Counted from the first letter of the stretch, positions 9,210 to 19,235 are shown. The stretch is 39,863 nt of DNA from Chitinophagaceae bacterium (GCA_035547455.1 DASZUX010000320.1:1-39863); one strand, 5' to 3'. The notes: generated by a model from the letters alone, not told the origin. A program made the numbers and translations.

Positions 9210-11393
9210 TTATCTTACAAAAGCTATGGCTACACCTCCATCCACATTCAGTACATTACCGGTTGATTTGCCCAGCAGCCCGCCCACAAAAACGAAACAG
9301 GCATTAGCGATATCCGCAGGTAAAATAATTTCATTTAACAAAGTACGTTTTGCATAGTAGGCCGGCAGTTCTTCCACCGCAACACCATACGCTTTTGCGC
9401 GTCCTTCCGCCCACGCACCTGCCCATATTTTACTATCTGATATTACAGCATCAGGATTAACCGTATTTACCCGTATATGGTCTTTACCAAGTTCTGCCGC
9501 GTTCAGGCGGCTAAGGTGCAACTGTGCAGCCTTGGCGCTGCCGTATCCTGCATTATTAGGCCCGCTTACCAGGGCATTTTTGCTTACAATATTTATCACA
9601 TCGCCGCCAAACCCCTGTTTGCGCATTATGTTAACACAAGCCTGTGTTACCAAAAACTGGCCTTTTACCAGTATATCATAAAGCAAATCCCAGTCTTTTT
9701 CAGTGTGCTCCTCAATAGGCTTTGATATGGAGATGCCTGCGCAGTTTACAACAATATCTATCCCGCCAAAAGCCAATATCCCTACCTTTAAAGCTTCATT
9801 AACAGACGCTGTACTGGTAACATCCAGCAAGGTGGAAGTAAATACATCCTTACCATATTGTTTACCAAATTCTTCCCTTGCAGTGGCGAGACGTTGTTCA
9901 TCATTATCGTTTATTACTACAACGGCGCCTTCGTCTGCAAATTTTTTGGCAATTGCTTTGCCTATGCCACCCGCGCTGCCTGTAACAAGGGCAATACGCC
10001 CTGTAAGCGCTTTAGGCTTTGGCATGCGTTGCAGTTTAGCTTCTTCCAGCAACCAATATTCAATGTTAAAAGCTTCCTGCCGCGGCAATGATGTATATTC
10101 GCTTATTGCTTCAGCACCTTTCATTACATTAATCGCATTAATATAAAACTCTGCTGCAACCCTTGCTGTTTGCTTATCTTTTGCAAATGTAAACATGCCA
10201 ACACCGGGATACAATATTACCACGGGGTTGGGGTCGCGCATGGCGGGGCTGTTAGAATGCCTGCAGGTATTGTAATATTCAGCATACATCTGGCGGTAGG
10301 CTATAAATGCAGGCAACAGCTTTTCCTTTACCGCAGCGCCGTTTGAAAGATTTTCACCCGGGGCCAGCGGTAGTACCAGCGGGCTTATTTTAGTACGTAA
10401 AAAATGGTCAGGGCAACTGGTACCCATAGGCGCCAGCCTGTCAGCCTCATTTGAATTAATAAACTGCAATACCCTCTCATCATCCGTAAAATGACCTATC
10501 ATGCCACCGGTGCCTGAAGGAGCTTTTACTGAAGAAGAACAAAGCCCCCGCAGAACAGGTGCAAGCAAAGATGCCTGCTCCAACCTTTCTTCTTTGGGTA
10601 AGGATTGAATTTTCTGCCCGCCAAATACCGGTCCTTTTTTGCCATAGTTATCTTCCAGGTATTGAGCGCATTTTTCAATCACTTCTAACGTATTTATATA
10701 GCTTTCGTAAGCCGTATTGCCCCAGGTAAACAAGCCATGTGAGCCAAGCATAATGCCCCGTATACCGGGATTTTCATCAAGACACTCTTTAAGTTTAAGC
10801 CCAAGGTCAAAACCCGGACGTTGCCACTCCACCCAGCCAATTTTTCCCTCAAACAAGTCCTTCGTTATCTGCCTTCCATCTTTTGCAGCAGCAATGGCAA
10901 TAGCTGCGTCTGGATGCAGGTGGTCAATATGCCTGAAAGGTAAAAAGCCGTGCAAAGGTGTGTCGATGGAAGGCGCTTTTGAGGCAAGATCATAAATACA
11001 ATGGTTAAATAACTCTACCATTTCGTCTTCATGTTCAATACCACGGTAAACATTAGTAAGACTGCGCAGCCTGTCAACATATAACGCGGCAAGCCCATTT
11101 CGCTTCATGGTACCCAAATCTCCACCGCTGCCTTTTACCCACATTACTTCCACTTCTTTACCTGTAAGCGGGTCCTTCGCCATCACCTTGCATGAAGTAT
11201 TGCCACCTCCATAATTTGTTAATCGCAGGTCGGCCCCAAGCAGGTTGGAACGGTACACCAATAGTGCTACCTCATCGCCTGCCAGTTCAGCCGCCTTTGC
11301 ATCGTTCCACAAATAGCTTACATGCTTAAATGCTGCCGCCTTATCCTCTTTTGCTGGTGAATACTGAAACTTATTTGCAAAATCAATCTTCAT
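9210..11393 (-). CDS. rhaEW: Bifunctional rhamnulose-1-phosphate aldolase / short-chain (lactaldehyde) dehydrogenase
   Basis: 727 aa. The N-terminal ~440 aa is class II aldolase/adducin-like. The C-terminal SDR has TGSAGGIGKAIA (TGxxxGxG) and YGSAK (YxxxK). This is the same architecture as B. subtilis YuxG/RhaEW, and the gene sits between rhaT and rhaM. Confidence 0.9.
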   Translation of the reverse strand: MKIDFANKFQYSPAKEDKAAAFKHVSYLWNDAKAAELAGDEVALLVYRSNLLGADLRLTNYGGGNTSCKVMAKDPLTGKEVEVMWVKGSGGDLGTMKRNGLAALYVDRLRSLTNVYRGIEHEDEMVELFNHCIYDLASKAPSIDTPLHGFLPFRHIDHLHPDAAIAIAAAKDGRQITKDLFEGKIGWVEWQRPGFDLGLKLKECLDENPGIRGIMLGSHGLFTWGNTAYESYINTLEVIEKCAQYLEDNYGKKGPVFGGQKIQSLPKEERLEQASLLAPVLRGLCSSSVKAPSGTGGMIGHFTDDERVLQFINSNEADRLAPMGTSCPDHFLRTKISPLVLPLAPGENLSNGAAVKEKLLPAFIAYRQMYAEYYNTCRHSNSPAMRDPNPVVILYPGVGMFTFAKDKQTARVAAEFYINAINVMKGAEAISEYTSLPRQEAFNIEYWLLEEAKLQRMPKPKALTGRIALVTGSAGGIGKAIAKKFADEGAVVVINDNDEQRLATAREEFGKQYGKDVFTSTLLDVTSTASVNEALKVGILAFGGIDIVVNCAGISISKPIEEHTEKDWDLLYDILVKGQFLVTQACVNIMRKQGFGGDVINIVSKNALVSGPNNAGYGSAKAAQLHLSRLNAAELGKDHIRVNTVNPDAVISDSKIWAGAWAEGRAKAYGVAVEELPAYYAKRTLLNEIILPADIANACFVFVGGLLGKSTGNVLNVDGGVAIAFVR

Positions 11394-11442
11394 AATAATC
11401 TGTAATTTATTTTTTCATTGCCACCGGCAGTTGCCTTTTCAA

Positions 11443-12501
11443 TCAGGATTTTAAAGAGTTGCCGATGCCTACTACTAAAACCGATAAAATAAGTGTTGCT
11501 ATACCGATAGTTATCGTTGTTTGTGTTTTTTTGCTTACGCCTTTCCACTCCTTTAATATAATTCCCCACATGTTGGCTATTAATATAATAAAGGCCATGT
11601 GGAGTATCCACGAACTTGCGCCATTGCCAAGTTTGCTTTCGCCCATGCCATAAAAAAAGAATTGTAAAAACCATGTGGTACCCGCTAACGCGGCAAAAAT
11701 GTAATTGGAAACCAGCGGGGTTTTACGGTTTACATAATCACCAAATGATTTGTTACGGGTATTAAGTATCATGCACCAGATAAAATTGGTAGCGAGGCCG
11801 CCCCACAGCAGTACCACGTAAATAACATTGTTTTGAAAAAGCGGGTTAATACCTGCGCTAACGGCGGCCGCAGCCATTGGTTTGCCCGCCTCAATACCAA
11901 AGTTGAAACACGCACTCAGTATGCCGGAAATAATTGCAACTGTTAATCCTTTAACAAGGCTAAATTCTGCCACGCTTTTCTTCTTTTCTTCCTCGGGCAA
12001 CTCTTTTTCTTTCAGCATACCGGCCCTGCCACATATATAAATACCCAACAGGCATACCAGCACGCCCAGCAACACAATGCGTCCCCAATTAGTAGTAACC
12101 AGGTCGCTAAACGTGGTTTTACCCTCTGCAGGATTAAAGTTGTAATAGATTGAAGGCACCAGCGCACCAAATGCAGAACAAAAGCCAAGCACGACGGAAT
12201 TGCCCAGCGACATACCCAAATACCGTACGCCTAAGCCGTATGTTAACCCGCCTACACCCCATAACACGCCAAACATTATTGTATAGCCTATTACGCTGCC
12301 TGGGGTATTGCGTATAATATCTGCAAAACCCGGTATTGTTAACCACGCAGCGAGAGGCGGCACTATAAGCCACGAAAACAGGCCACCTATTATCCAGTAA
12401 CTTTCCCAATGCCAGCCCTTTACCTTTTTAAACGGCATGTAAAAGCTGCCCGAGGCAAAGCCCCCGATAAAGTGGTATATAATACCGAAAATTATACCCA
12501 T
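11443..12501 (-). CDS. rhaT: L-rhamnose/H+ symporter
   Basis: 352 aa polytopic membrane protein. The N-terminus GIIFGIIYHFIGGFASGSFYMPFKKVKGWHWE closely parallels E. coli RhaT ([28 protein letters not shown]). YLQFFFYG also matches. Confidence 0.9.
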   Translation of the reverse strand: MGIIFGIIYHFIGGFASGSFYMPFKKVKGWHWESYWIIGGLFSWLIVPPLAAWLTIPGFADIIRNTPGSVIGYTIMFGVLWGVGGLTYGLGVRYLGMSLGNSVVLGFCSAFGALVPSIYYNFNPAEGKTTFSDLVTTNWGRIVLLGVLVCLLGIYICGRAGMLKEKELPEEEKKKSVAEFSLVKGLTVAIISGILSACFNFGIEAGKPMAAAAVSAGINPLFQNNVIYVVLLWGGLATNFIWCMILNTRNKSFGDYVNRKTPLVSNYIFAALAGTTWFLQFFFYGMGESKLGNGASSWILHMAFIILIANMWGIILKEWKGVSKKTQTTITIGIATLILSVLVVGIGNSLKS

Positions 12502-12559
12502 TGTTTAGTTTTTAAAGGTTAGAACAGCAGCAATTAGTCTTTTGCGTACTTCTTTTTAG

Positions 12560-15283
12560 CTATTTCTTAATTTCAAAATGATATTTACCGCTCCCCGCCT
12601 TTACAACCACGTACCCGTTTTCATTACCGGTTACCTCTATATCTTTTACAGATGACAATGCTGTACCGCTCTCGGTAACAGTACTTTCACCTGCAGCGGG
12701 CAGGTATATAGTGGCGTTGGTGTTAGCAGGTATTTCTACATCCATGGTAGTAGTGCCGCCGTCAACCTTCCATGTATTACTCAATGTTCCATAATAAGTA
12801 TCCAGGCTTGCAGAGGCATTGGTAAGCCCCTCCCCTATATGCGGCATTACTTTTATGTGTTTGTACCCCGCACCATCGGTATAAGTATCAATACCCACCA
12901 AAGCGCGGTACATCCAGTCGCCTATTGCGCCATACGAGTAATGGTTGAAAGAGTTCATACCGGCGTTTTCAAAAGTGCTGTCTGGTTTAATACCATCCCA
13001 TCTCTCCCATATTGTAGTAGCGCCCATTTTTACGGGGTACAACCAGGATGGGTAGGTTTCCTGCAGCAGCAGTTTGTAAGCAACATCAGTATAACCATAC
13101 CTTGTTAATACGTGGCACAAATAAGGTGTACCTAAAAATCCGGTGGTAAGGTGGTTGCCATAGCTTTTTACGTTATCGGCCAGCCTGCCTGCTGCCTGCC
13201 GGCGAAGGTTTTCTGGCAGCATGTCAAAGTTCAAAGCAAGCACGTACGCTGTTTGTGTACCCGACACCAGCCCGCCGTTAGGGGTAACATACTCATTCAT
13301 GAATGCCTGCTTAATTTTTTGCAGCAGTTGTGTATATATATTTACATCATCCGTTTTACCAAGTACTGTAGCAGCGTTAATAAGCAGTTGGGTGGAATGT
13401 GCATAAAAACATTGCGCGATAAGATATTTATTGGTAACTGCTGCGCGGCCGTCGTTATCATCATCAGGCCGGTAAAATAACCAGTCGCCAAAATGAAAGC
13501 CGGTGTTCCACAAATTGCTTTTGCTTGCTTTGTGCATATACTCCACCCATTCCTTCATGCTTGTATATTGGTTTTCCAGTATGCGTTTATCGCCATAGGC
13601 GAGATACATATTCCAGGGAATAATAGTGCTAACATCTGCCCAGCCGGTGCTACCACCCGCATTCGGGCCAAGTACATTAGGAATTACAAAAGGAACAGAA
13701 CCTGATGGCATCTGGTCTGCCGCTACATCCTTCAGCCACTTGGCAAAGAAGTTATTTACATTCATATTAAAAGTAGCGGTACGGCTGAATACCTGCGCAT
13801 CCCCTGTCCAGCCCAAACGTTCATCGCGCTGGGGGCAATCTGTAGGCACATCAAGAAAATTGCCTTTTTGTCCCCATTGTATATTATGCTGCAACTGGTT
13901 AATTAGTGCATTGGATGAATTGAATGTGCCGGTAGGCCTCATGTCGGAATATAATACTTCCGCAGTAAAATTATCAGCCGCCAGTTCACCAGGGTAACCC
14001 TCTATCCTTATATACCTGAAGCCATGAAAGGTAAAATGCGGCTCAAAGGTTTCTTCTCCGCCGCCTTTTAGAACATATTCATCTTCAGCCCTGGCGGCAC
14101 GCAGGTTGGTAGTATAAAAGTTACCGTTCTTATCAAGTACTTCGGCATGCCATACGCTTATCTTATCACCGGCATTGCCGTTCACTTTTATTTTAACCCA
14201 GCCTACAAGGTTTTGTCCAAAATCTATTACCTGCTCACCTGCTGGTGTTTTAAATATATGAATGGGCTTAAAAGTTTCATGCTTACGTACAGGTTCGTTA
14301 TAAGTGGCCAGCAGAATGCTGTTGTCAAAATTTGCTGTTTTAACAGCGCCCCATTTTGAATCGTCGTAGCCAGTGGTTGTCCAACCGGTTTTGGCATCGC
14401 GAGCGTCTATTGTTTCACCATTATAAATTTCCGAAGAGCGTATTTCACCGGTAGTTGTTTTCCAGCTATCATCGGATATTACTGTTTCCTTTGTGCCGTC
14501 AGTATAAGTTATATCCAGTTGAAACAGCAAAGCCAGTTTATCGCCGTAAAAATTTTTTTGCCCTGAAAAACCAATATACCCGCGGTACCAGCCATTGCCC
14601 AAGGTTACCCCCACCGCATTAGCACCACCTTTTAAAAGGTTGGTCACATCATATACCTGGTACTCCAGGCGTTTGTTATAACTTGTCCAGCCCGGGGTTA
14701 AATAAGCATTGCCAACACGGCTGCCGTTAATATGGGCCTCGTACATACCATGAGAGGTTATATAAGCTGTAGCAGTCAGTATTTTCTTCCGGGTATTAAA
14801 TTCCCTGCGAAACAATGGGCTTGGCCTTGAAGGATCTTCTTCCCCGGCTGCTTCAATCCATTTGGCTTTCCAGTCCGATGCGTTTAAAAATGCAGTTTGC
14901 CACCACGCGACATCACTCCATGCAGAAACTTTACCGGTTTCATCCCACACACGCACCTGCCAAAAGTATTTTTTTTCACTTTCAAGAGCCGGCCCCTTAT
15001 AGGTTACATGAACAGATGAATCAGAGCTTACTTTATTACTCTCCCACAAAACTCCTTTCCCTTTTGCCAGGGAAGCGGCGTTGGCACCTACCCTTATTTC
15101 GTAAGCGGTTTGCATTATTCCCCGCCTGCCTGCTGCCAATTGCCAGCTAAAGCGGGGTATTGAAACGTCAAGCCCCAGCGGGTTTGATAAATTTTCGCAA
15201 AGCAGGCCATGTACATTAACCTGCGCGTAACTAACACTGCTTAATACTACTGCGAGCAAAACAAAAGCCGACAATTTTTTCAT
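12560..15283 (-). CDS. Alpha-L-rhamnosidase, glycoside hydrolase family 78 (secreted)
   Basis: 907 aa with signal peptide ...SVSYAQ. It has the hallmark VPTDCPQRDERLGWTGDAQVF, the N-terminal rhamnosidase segment LCENLSNPLGLDVSIPRFSW and a six-hairpin catalytic region. Confidence 0.92.
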   Translation of the reverse strand: MKKLSAFVLLAVVLSSVSYAQVNVHGLLCENLSNPLGLDVSIPRFSWQLAAGRRGIMQTAYEIRVGANAASLAKGKGVLWESNKVSSDSSVHVTYKGPALESEKKYFWQVRVWDETGKVSAWSDVAWWQTAFLNASDWKAKWIEAAGEEDPSRPSPLFRREFNTRKKILTATAYITSHGMYEAHINGSRVGNAYLTPGWTSYNKRLEYQVYDVTNLLKGGANAVGVTLGNGWYRGYIGFSGQKNFYGDKLALLFQLDITYTDGTKETVISDDSWKTTTGEIRSSEIYNGETIDARDAKTGWTTTGYDDSKWGAVKTANFDNSILLATYNEPVRKHETFKPIHIFKTPAGEQVIDFGQNLVGWVKIKVNGNAGDKISVWHAEVLDKNGNFYTTNLRAARAEDEYVLKGGGEETFEPHFTFHGFRYIRIEGYPGELAADNFTAEVLYSDMRPTGTFNSSNALINQLQHNIQWGQKGNFLDVPTDCPQRDERLGWTGDAQVFSRTATFNMNVNNFFAKWLKDVAADQMPSGSVPFVIPNVLGPNAGGSTGWADVSTIIPWNMYLAYGDKRILENQYTSMKEWVEYMHKASKSNLWNTGFHFGDWLFYRPDDDNDGRAAVTNKYLIAQCFYAHSTQLLINAATVLGKTDDVNIYTQLLQKIKQAFMNEYVTPNGGLVSGTQTAYVLALNFDMLPENLRRQAAGRLADNVKSYGNHLTTGFLGTPYLCHVLTRYGYTDVAYKLLLQETYPSWLYPVKMGATTIWERWDGIKPDSTFENAGMNSFNHYSYGAIGDWMYRALVGIDTYTDGAGYKHIKVMPHIGEGLTNASASLDTYYGTLSNTWKVDGGTTTMDVEIPANTNATIYLPAAGESTVTESGTALSSVKDIEVTGNENGYVVVKAGSGKYHFEIKK

Positions 15284-15329
15284 GGCAAGATTTTATTAAA
15301 TTTTTCTCATTGCAAGCGGGCACTAAAAT

Positions 15330-15363
15330 ACACCCCGTGGCAGATTAAACCATCATGGGGTGT
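15330..15363. promoter_or_regulatory. Imperfect palindrome ACACCCCGTG-N14-CATGGGGTGT in the divergent regulator/rhamnose-operon spacer
   Basis: Read directly: 9 of 10 positions are complementary, and the tenth is a G:T pair. It is the only substantial dyad in the 157-bp spacer. The operator role is inference. Confidence 0.3.
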
Positions 15364-15415
15364 GCTGAATATTTTATCCATGAGCAATATAATCCGGGTG
15401 CTCGCTCTCATTCAC

Positions 15416-15423
15416 TACTTTTG
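15416..15423 (+). promoter_or_regulatory. Bacteroidota-type -7 promoter box (TACTTTTG = TAnnTTTG)
   Basis: Exact match to the TAnnTTTG consensus, 17 nt upstream of the regulator ATG at 15441. Confidence 0.35.
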
Positions 15424-15440
15424 CACCATTGCAGCATAGC

Positions 15441-16472
15441 ATGTCATCAGGAAATATATATACACTTATAAGCATAGACGAGCAGTCGGTTACACCCAAA
15501 TATGTGCAGCTTACCAATTCAATTTTAAAAGCCATTGAGTCAGGCAAAATTGAAAAAGATTACCTGCTGCCTTCTATTAACGACCTGAGCTATGAACTTG
15601 AAATCTCCCGCGATACCGCAGAGCGGGCCTACCGACATTTGAAGAATCTTGGTATTATAGGCTCTGTTCCCGGCAAGGGTTATTTTGTAACTAAGACCGA
15701 GGTTAAGCAGTCAATAAGAATATTCCTGTTATTTAATAAACTAAGCACGCACAAGAAAATTATTTATGATGCTTTTGTAGCTGCTTTGGGAGAAAACGCT
15801 GCCGTAGATTTTTATATCTATAATAACGACTTTGCCCTTTTTAAAAAGCTTTTGAATAACCGAAAAGGCGATTACACCCATTATGTAATAATACCACACT
15901 TTATGGATGGCGAAGAAAGCTGTGTTGAAATTATTAATACGTTGCCTAAGGAGAGGCTGGTTTTAATGGACAAACTTGTTCCCGGCGTTACCGGCGCCTA
16001 TGCTGCGGTGTACGAAAATTTTGAAAAGGATATATACGGGGCCCTGCAAGAAGCGCTGGAAAAACTTAGCGGCTATCAAACCATAAAAATCATTTTCCCG
16101 GAGTATACTTATCACCCGCGTGAAATTATAAAGGGTTTTACCCGCTTTTGTGCCCAATATGCATTTAATTATGCCGTAGTGAATGATATGGGAAAAGAAC
16201 AAATAACCGGGAGCACTGTATATATAAGCCTGATGGAAAATGACCTTGTGCTGCTGATTGAGAAAATACTTGCATCCGGGCTGGAAGTTGGCAAAGATGT
16301 GGGCGTGATTTCTTATAACGAAACACCGCTTAAAAAGATAATTCTCAATGGCATCACCACCATATCAACGGACTTCCAGTTAATGGGCGAAAAGACAGCG
16401 GAAATAATATTAAAGCGTTCATCAAACCATCTGGAAATACCCTTTTACCTTACACAGCGGGCATCACTTTAG
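15441..16472 (+). CDS. Transcriptional regulator: GntR-type winged HTH fused to a LacI/periplasmic-binding-protein type I sugar-binding domain (AraR-like architecture)
   Basis: ATG at 15441 is preferred to TTG at 15429. The N-terminus (PKYVQLTNSILKAIESGKIEKDYLLPSINDLSYELEISRDTAERAYRHLKNLGIIGSVPGKGYFV) is a GntR HTH. The remaining ~260 aa looks like a PBP-I sugar-binding fold. It is divergent from the rhamnose operon. Confidence 0.85.
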   Translation: MSSGNIYTLISIDEQSVTPKYVQLTNSILKAIESGKIEKDYLLPSINDLSYELEISRDTAERAYRHLKNLGIIGSVPGKGYFVTKTEVKQSIRIFLLFNKLSTHKKIIYDAFVAALGENAAVDFYIYNNDFALFKKLLNNRKGDYTHYVIIPHFMDGEESCVEIINTLPKERLVLMDKLVPGVTGAYAAVYENFEKDIYGALQEALEKLSGYQTIKIIFPEYTYHPREIIKGFTRFCAQYAFNYAVVNDMGKEQITGSTVYISLMENDLVLLIEKILASGLEVGKDVGVISYNETPLKKIILNGITTISTDFQLMGEKTAEIILKRSSNHLEIPFYLTQRASL

Positions 16473-16562
16473 TGCCTAAACATTTTCTTAAATTTTATTG
16501 AGTAAGGCCGGTTTTAAAATTACCCTTTATCTTTATGTGTCATTTTTATCTAAATGTAACTC

Positions 16563-17123
16563 ATGAAAAAGCTAATTCTTTTTGTTCTTTCAGCAGCCTT
16601 TACGAGTGGGTGTTTTGCTCAATCTCCAGATTCAATGTATGCCTATCTTCAAAACACCAGGATACCGCCCATACGAATAATGCAGACCGACAGCACCTGG
16701 TTTGAAAATAATGCCATTCCTCATAACAAGCCGGTAGTGATTGTGTATTTTAGTCCTGAATGCGGCCACTGCCAACTGGCTGCACAGGAAATTTATGGTG
16801 CAAAAGATAAATTGAAAAACGCATTTTTTATATGGACAAGTTATTTTCCCGTACCGGAAATAGCTAGCTTCAGGAAAAATTATAAAATTGGCAGCTTACC
16901 AAACTTCCGCTTTGGCCGGGACCCGAAGTACGCCATCCCTTCTTACTTTAAGGTGCAGTTTACACCCTTTATGGCAGTATATGACACTGAAGGCAAATTT
17001 GTACAAGCTTTCTCGCAAGGCGCCAGTCCGGAAACACTTGCAAGCCTGGTAGAACAATGCATGAAAAATGCAAAACCAGTGAACCACCTAAGAAGTAGCG
17101 TAAAAAAAGGGCGTTTAAAATAA
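16563..17123 (+). CDS. Thioredoxin-fold (TlpA/redoxin-like) secreted protein with CGHC active site
   Basis: Signal peptide MKKLILFVLSAAFTSGCFAQ and the thioredoxin-like motif YFSPECGHCQ. Confidence 0.75.
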   Translation: MKKLILFVLSAAFTSGCFAQSPDSMYAYLQNTRIPPIRIMQTDSTWFENNAIPHNKPVVIVYFSPECGHCQLAAQEIYGAKDKLKNAFFIWTSYFPVPEIASFRKNYKIGSLPNFRFGRDPKYAIPSYFKVQFTPFMAVYDTEGKFVQAFSQGASPETLASLVEQCMKNAKPVNHLRSSVKKGRLK

Positions 17124-17157
17124 ACAGTTTAACAAACAGCGCTAAAACGTTTACCCC

Positions 17158-17165
17158 TACCTTTG
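17158..17165 (+). promoter_or_regulatory. Bacteroidota-type -7 promoter box (TACCTTTG) upstream of mdh
   Basis: Exact TAnnTTTG match, 64 nt upstream of the mdh ATG. Confidence 0.35.
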
Positions 17166-17229
17166 CAGCGCAAAATTTTTTCTTAACCAGCCCGGGCGGA
17201 AATTACAACCGGGTACAACTTGTATACAT

Positions 17230-18159
17230 ATGAAAGTTACCGTAGTAGGTGCGGGAGCAGTAGGTGCAACCTGTGCCGACAATATTGCCCGTAAAGAACT
17301 TTGCACTGAGTTAGTTTTGTTAGACATTAAGGAAGGTGTTGCCGAAGGTAAGGCGCAGGACATGATGCAAACAGCAGCCCTGCTCGGTTTTGATACCCGC
17401 ATTACCGGCAGTACCAACGATTACACAAAAACAGCCGGCTCAGACGTAGTGGTAATTACATCCGGCCTGCCCCGTAAACCTGGTATGACGCGTGAAGAGC
17501 TTATAGGTGTTAATGCCGGCATTGTAAAAGGCGTTACCCAAAACATCCTCCGGCACTCTCCTGATGCTATCATTATTGTGATAAGCAACCCTATGGACAC
17601 AATGACATACCTGGCACTTACTACCACTGGCTTACCCAAAAACCGCATTATAGGTATGGGTGGTGCGTTAGACAGTGCACGTTTTAAATACCAGCTCAGC
17701 CAGCATCTTGGCTGCAGCCCTGCCGACCTTAACGCAGTAGTAGTAGGCGGTCATGGCGATACCACTATGATACCCCTTATACGCCTTGCAACATGGAACA
17801 GCGTGCCCGTAACAAAATTCCTGACTGCAGAACAACAGCAGCAAATTGTTGCGGATACTATGGTAGGGGGCGCTACTTTAACCAAACTTATTGGCACTTC
17901 TGCGTGGTATGCGCCGGGTGCAGCCGGTGCATCGCTGGTGGAAAGCATTTTGCGTGATGAGAAAAAACTAATCAGTTGTTGCGTTGCGCTTAACGGCGAA
18001 TATGGCCAAAGCGATATTTGCATGGGTGTACCTGTTGTAATAGGCAGGAACGGCTGGGAAAAAATAGTTGATTTTGAGCTAAACGAAGAGGAGCAAGCCG
18101 CATTTAATAAGAGCGCTGCTGCCGTAAGGAATATGAATGAAGTATTAAAGACGCTATAA
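17230..18159 (+). CDS. mdh: Malate dehydrogenase (LDH-like family)
   Basis: 309 aa. It has the MKVTVVGAGAVGATCA Rossmann start, ITSGLPRKPGMTREEL, IGMGGALDSARF and GGHGDTM. Confidence 0.95.
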   Translation: MKVTVVGAGAVGATCADNIARKELCTELVLLDIKEGVAEGKAQDMMQTAALLGFDTRITGSTNDYTKTAGSDVVVITSGLPRKPGMTREELIGVNAGIVKGVTQNILRHSPDAIIIVISNPMDTMTYLALTTTGLPKNRIIGMGGALDSARFKYQLSQHLGCSPADLNAVVVGGHGDTTMIPLIRLATWNSVPVTKFLTAEQQQQIVADTMVGGATLTKLIGTSAWYAPGAAGASLVESILRDEKKLISCCVALNGEYGQSDICMGVPVVIGRNGWEKIVDFELNEEEQAAFNKSAAAVRNMNEVLKTL

Positions 18160-18177
18160 TTATAAGCGCTACCGTAA

Positions 18178-18211
18178 AACAGCCCCGTTCTTTTAACAAA
18201 ACGGGGCTGTT
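18178..18211. terminator. Bidirectional intrinsic terminator between mdh and the GT9 gene
   Basis: AACAGCCCCGTT (18178-18189), a 10-nt loop, then AACGGGGCTGTT (18200-18211) form a perfect 12-bp stem. There is a T-run on the minus-strand side and a weak one on the plus side. Confidence 0.75.
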
Positions 18212-18218
18212 GCTTTAA

Positions 18219-19208
18219 CTATAAAAGATAATTCTTTACCTCTTCTGCAATCCCATCAATATCCTGCTCCTGCATACACCTGAAATGCCCCAACGGGCAT
18301 TTATCATACCCAATTTTACTGCAGGGCCTGCAACCAAGCCCTTTTACCTCAAAAATATGCTGATGAACGCCGGCCACACCATAATAAGGTGTCATGCCAA
18401 AAGCCGGAACTGTATTGCCCCATACCGAAATAATGCGCTTTCTAAAAGCAGCGGCAATGTGCATTAAACCTGTGTCATGGGATATAATAAATTTAGCTTT
18501 TCGTACAATGTCGGCGCTTTCATTAAGGTTAAATTTGCCACAGGCATTGTATATTTTAACAGCATCTCCCGCAGCAATTAAATCGCCGTCATTGCTGTCT
18601 TCCGGCCCGCCCAATAATATTACGGGGTGCTCAATCCTGCTGCATAATTTTTTTAGCTTTTCAATAGGCAGCTTTTTAGTATTTAAGGCAGCACCTATAA
18701 CAATACCAATAAACCCGGCGTGGTGGCTGGCTGGCAAATCGGTATAATCTACTATATCATTAGCGGGTATAAAATAATCCAATCCCTGGCCGTCGTTTAC
18801 TACATTAAACCGTTTGAGCGTATCAAGATACCTCTCAACTATATGCACTTTAGGCAACCTGTTAATTTTTAATGCCGTAAGCAGCCATTTTTTAAAGTTG
18901 AGTTTGTTAAAAGAAAAAGACTCTGTTTTTTTCAGCGCCCGTTTTACACGCAGGGTACGCAGGTTATGATGCAGGTCAATAATATAATCAAACCGTTCCT
19001 GTTTCAGATCATTTAAAAGACAGTCCATGTTTTCATCCAATGTATGTACCTTATCTACATACGGGTTGTTCTCAATAATGCTTTTAAAGCTTTTTTTGGT
19101 AAGATAGTGCACTTCAGCCCCTGCCACCTGTTTCTTCAAACACCTTACCACAGGGGTAGTTAACACTATATCGCCTATTGAGGAAAACCTTACAATCAAG
19201 AATTTCAT
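18219..19208 (-). CDS. Glycosyltransferase family 9 (heptosyltransferase-like)
   Basis: ATG at 19208 (MKFLIVRFSSIGDIVLTTPVVRCLK) is preferred to TTG at 19214. The N-terminal RxSSxGD(I/V)VLTTP motif is typical of GT9. Confidence 0.85.
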   Translation of the reverse strand: MKFLIVRFSSIGDIVLTTPVVRCLKKQVAGAEVHYLTKKSFKSIIENNPYVDKVHTLDENMDCLLNDLKQERFDYIIDLHHNLRTLRVKRALKKTESFSFNKLNFKKWLLTALKINRLPKVHIVERYLDTLKRFNVVNDGQGLDYFIPANDIVDYTDLPASHHAGFIGIVIGAALNTKKLPIEKLKKLCSRIEHPVILLGGPEDSNDGDLIAAGDAVKIYNACGKFNLNESADIVRKAKFIISHDTGLMHIAAAFRKRIISVWGNTVPAFGMTPYYGVAGVHQHIFEVKGLGCRPCSKIGYDKCPLGHFRCMQEQDIDGIAEEVKNYLL

Positions 19209-19235
19209 ACGCAAATATAGCGGTGCATTAATTGT

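Noticed and set aside
11390-11674. 94-aa minus-strand ORF overlapping the rhaT 3' end and the rhaEW start
   Set aside because: It is an alternative frame of confidently assigned rhaT and shows no homology signal.
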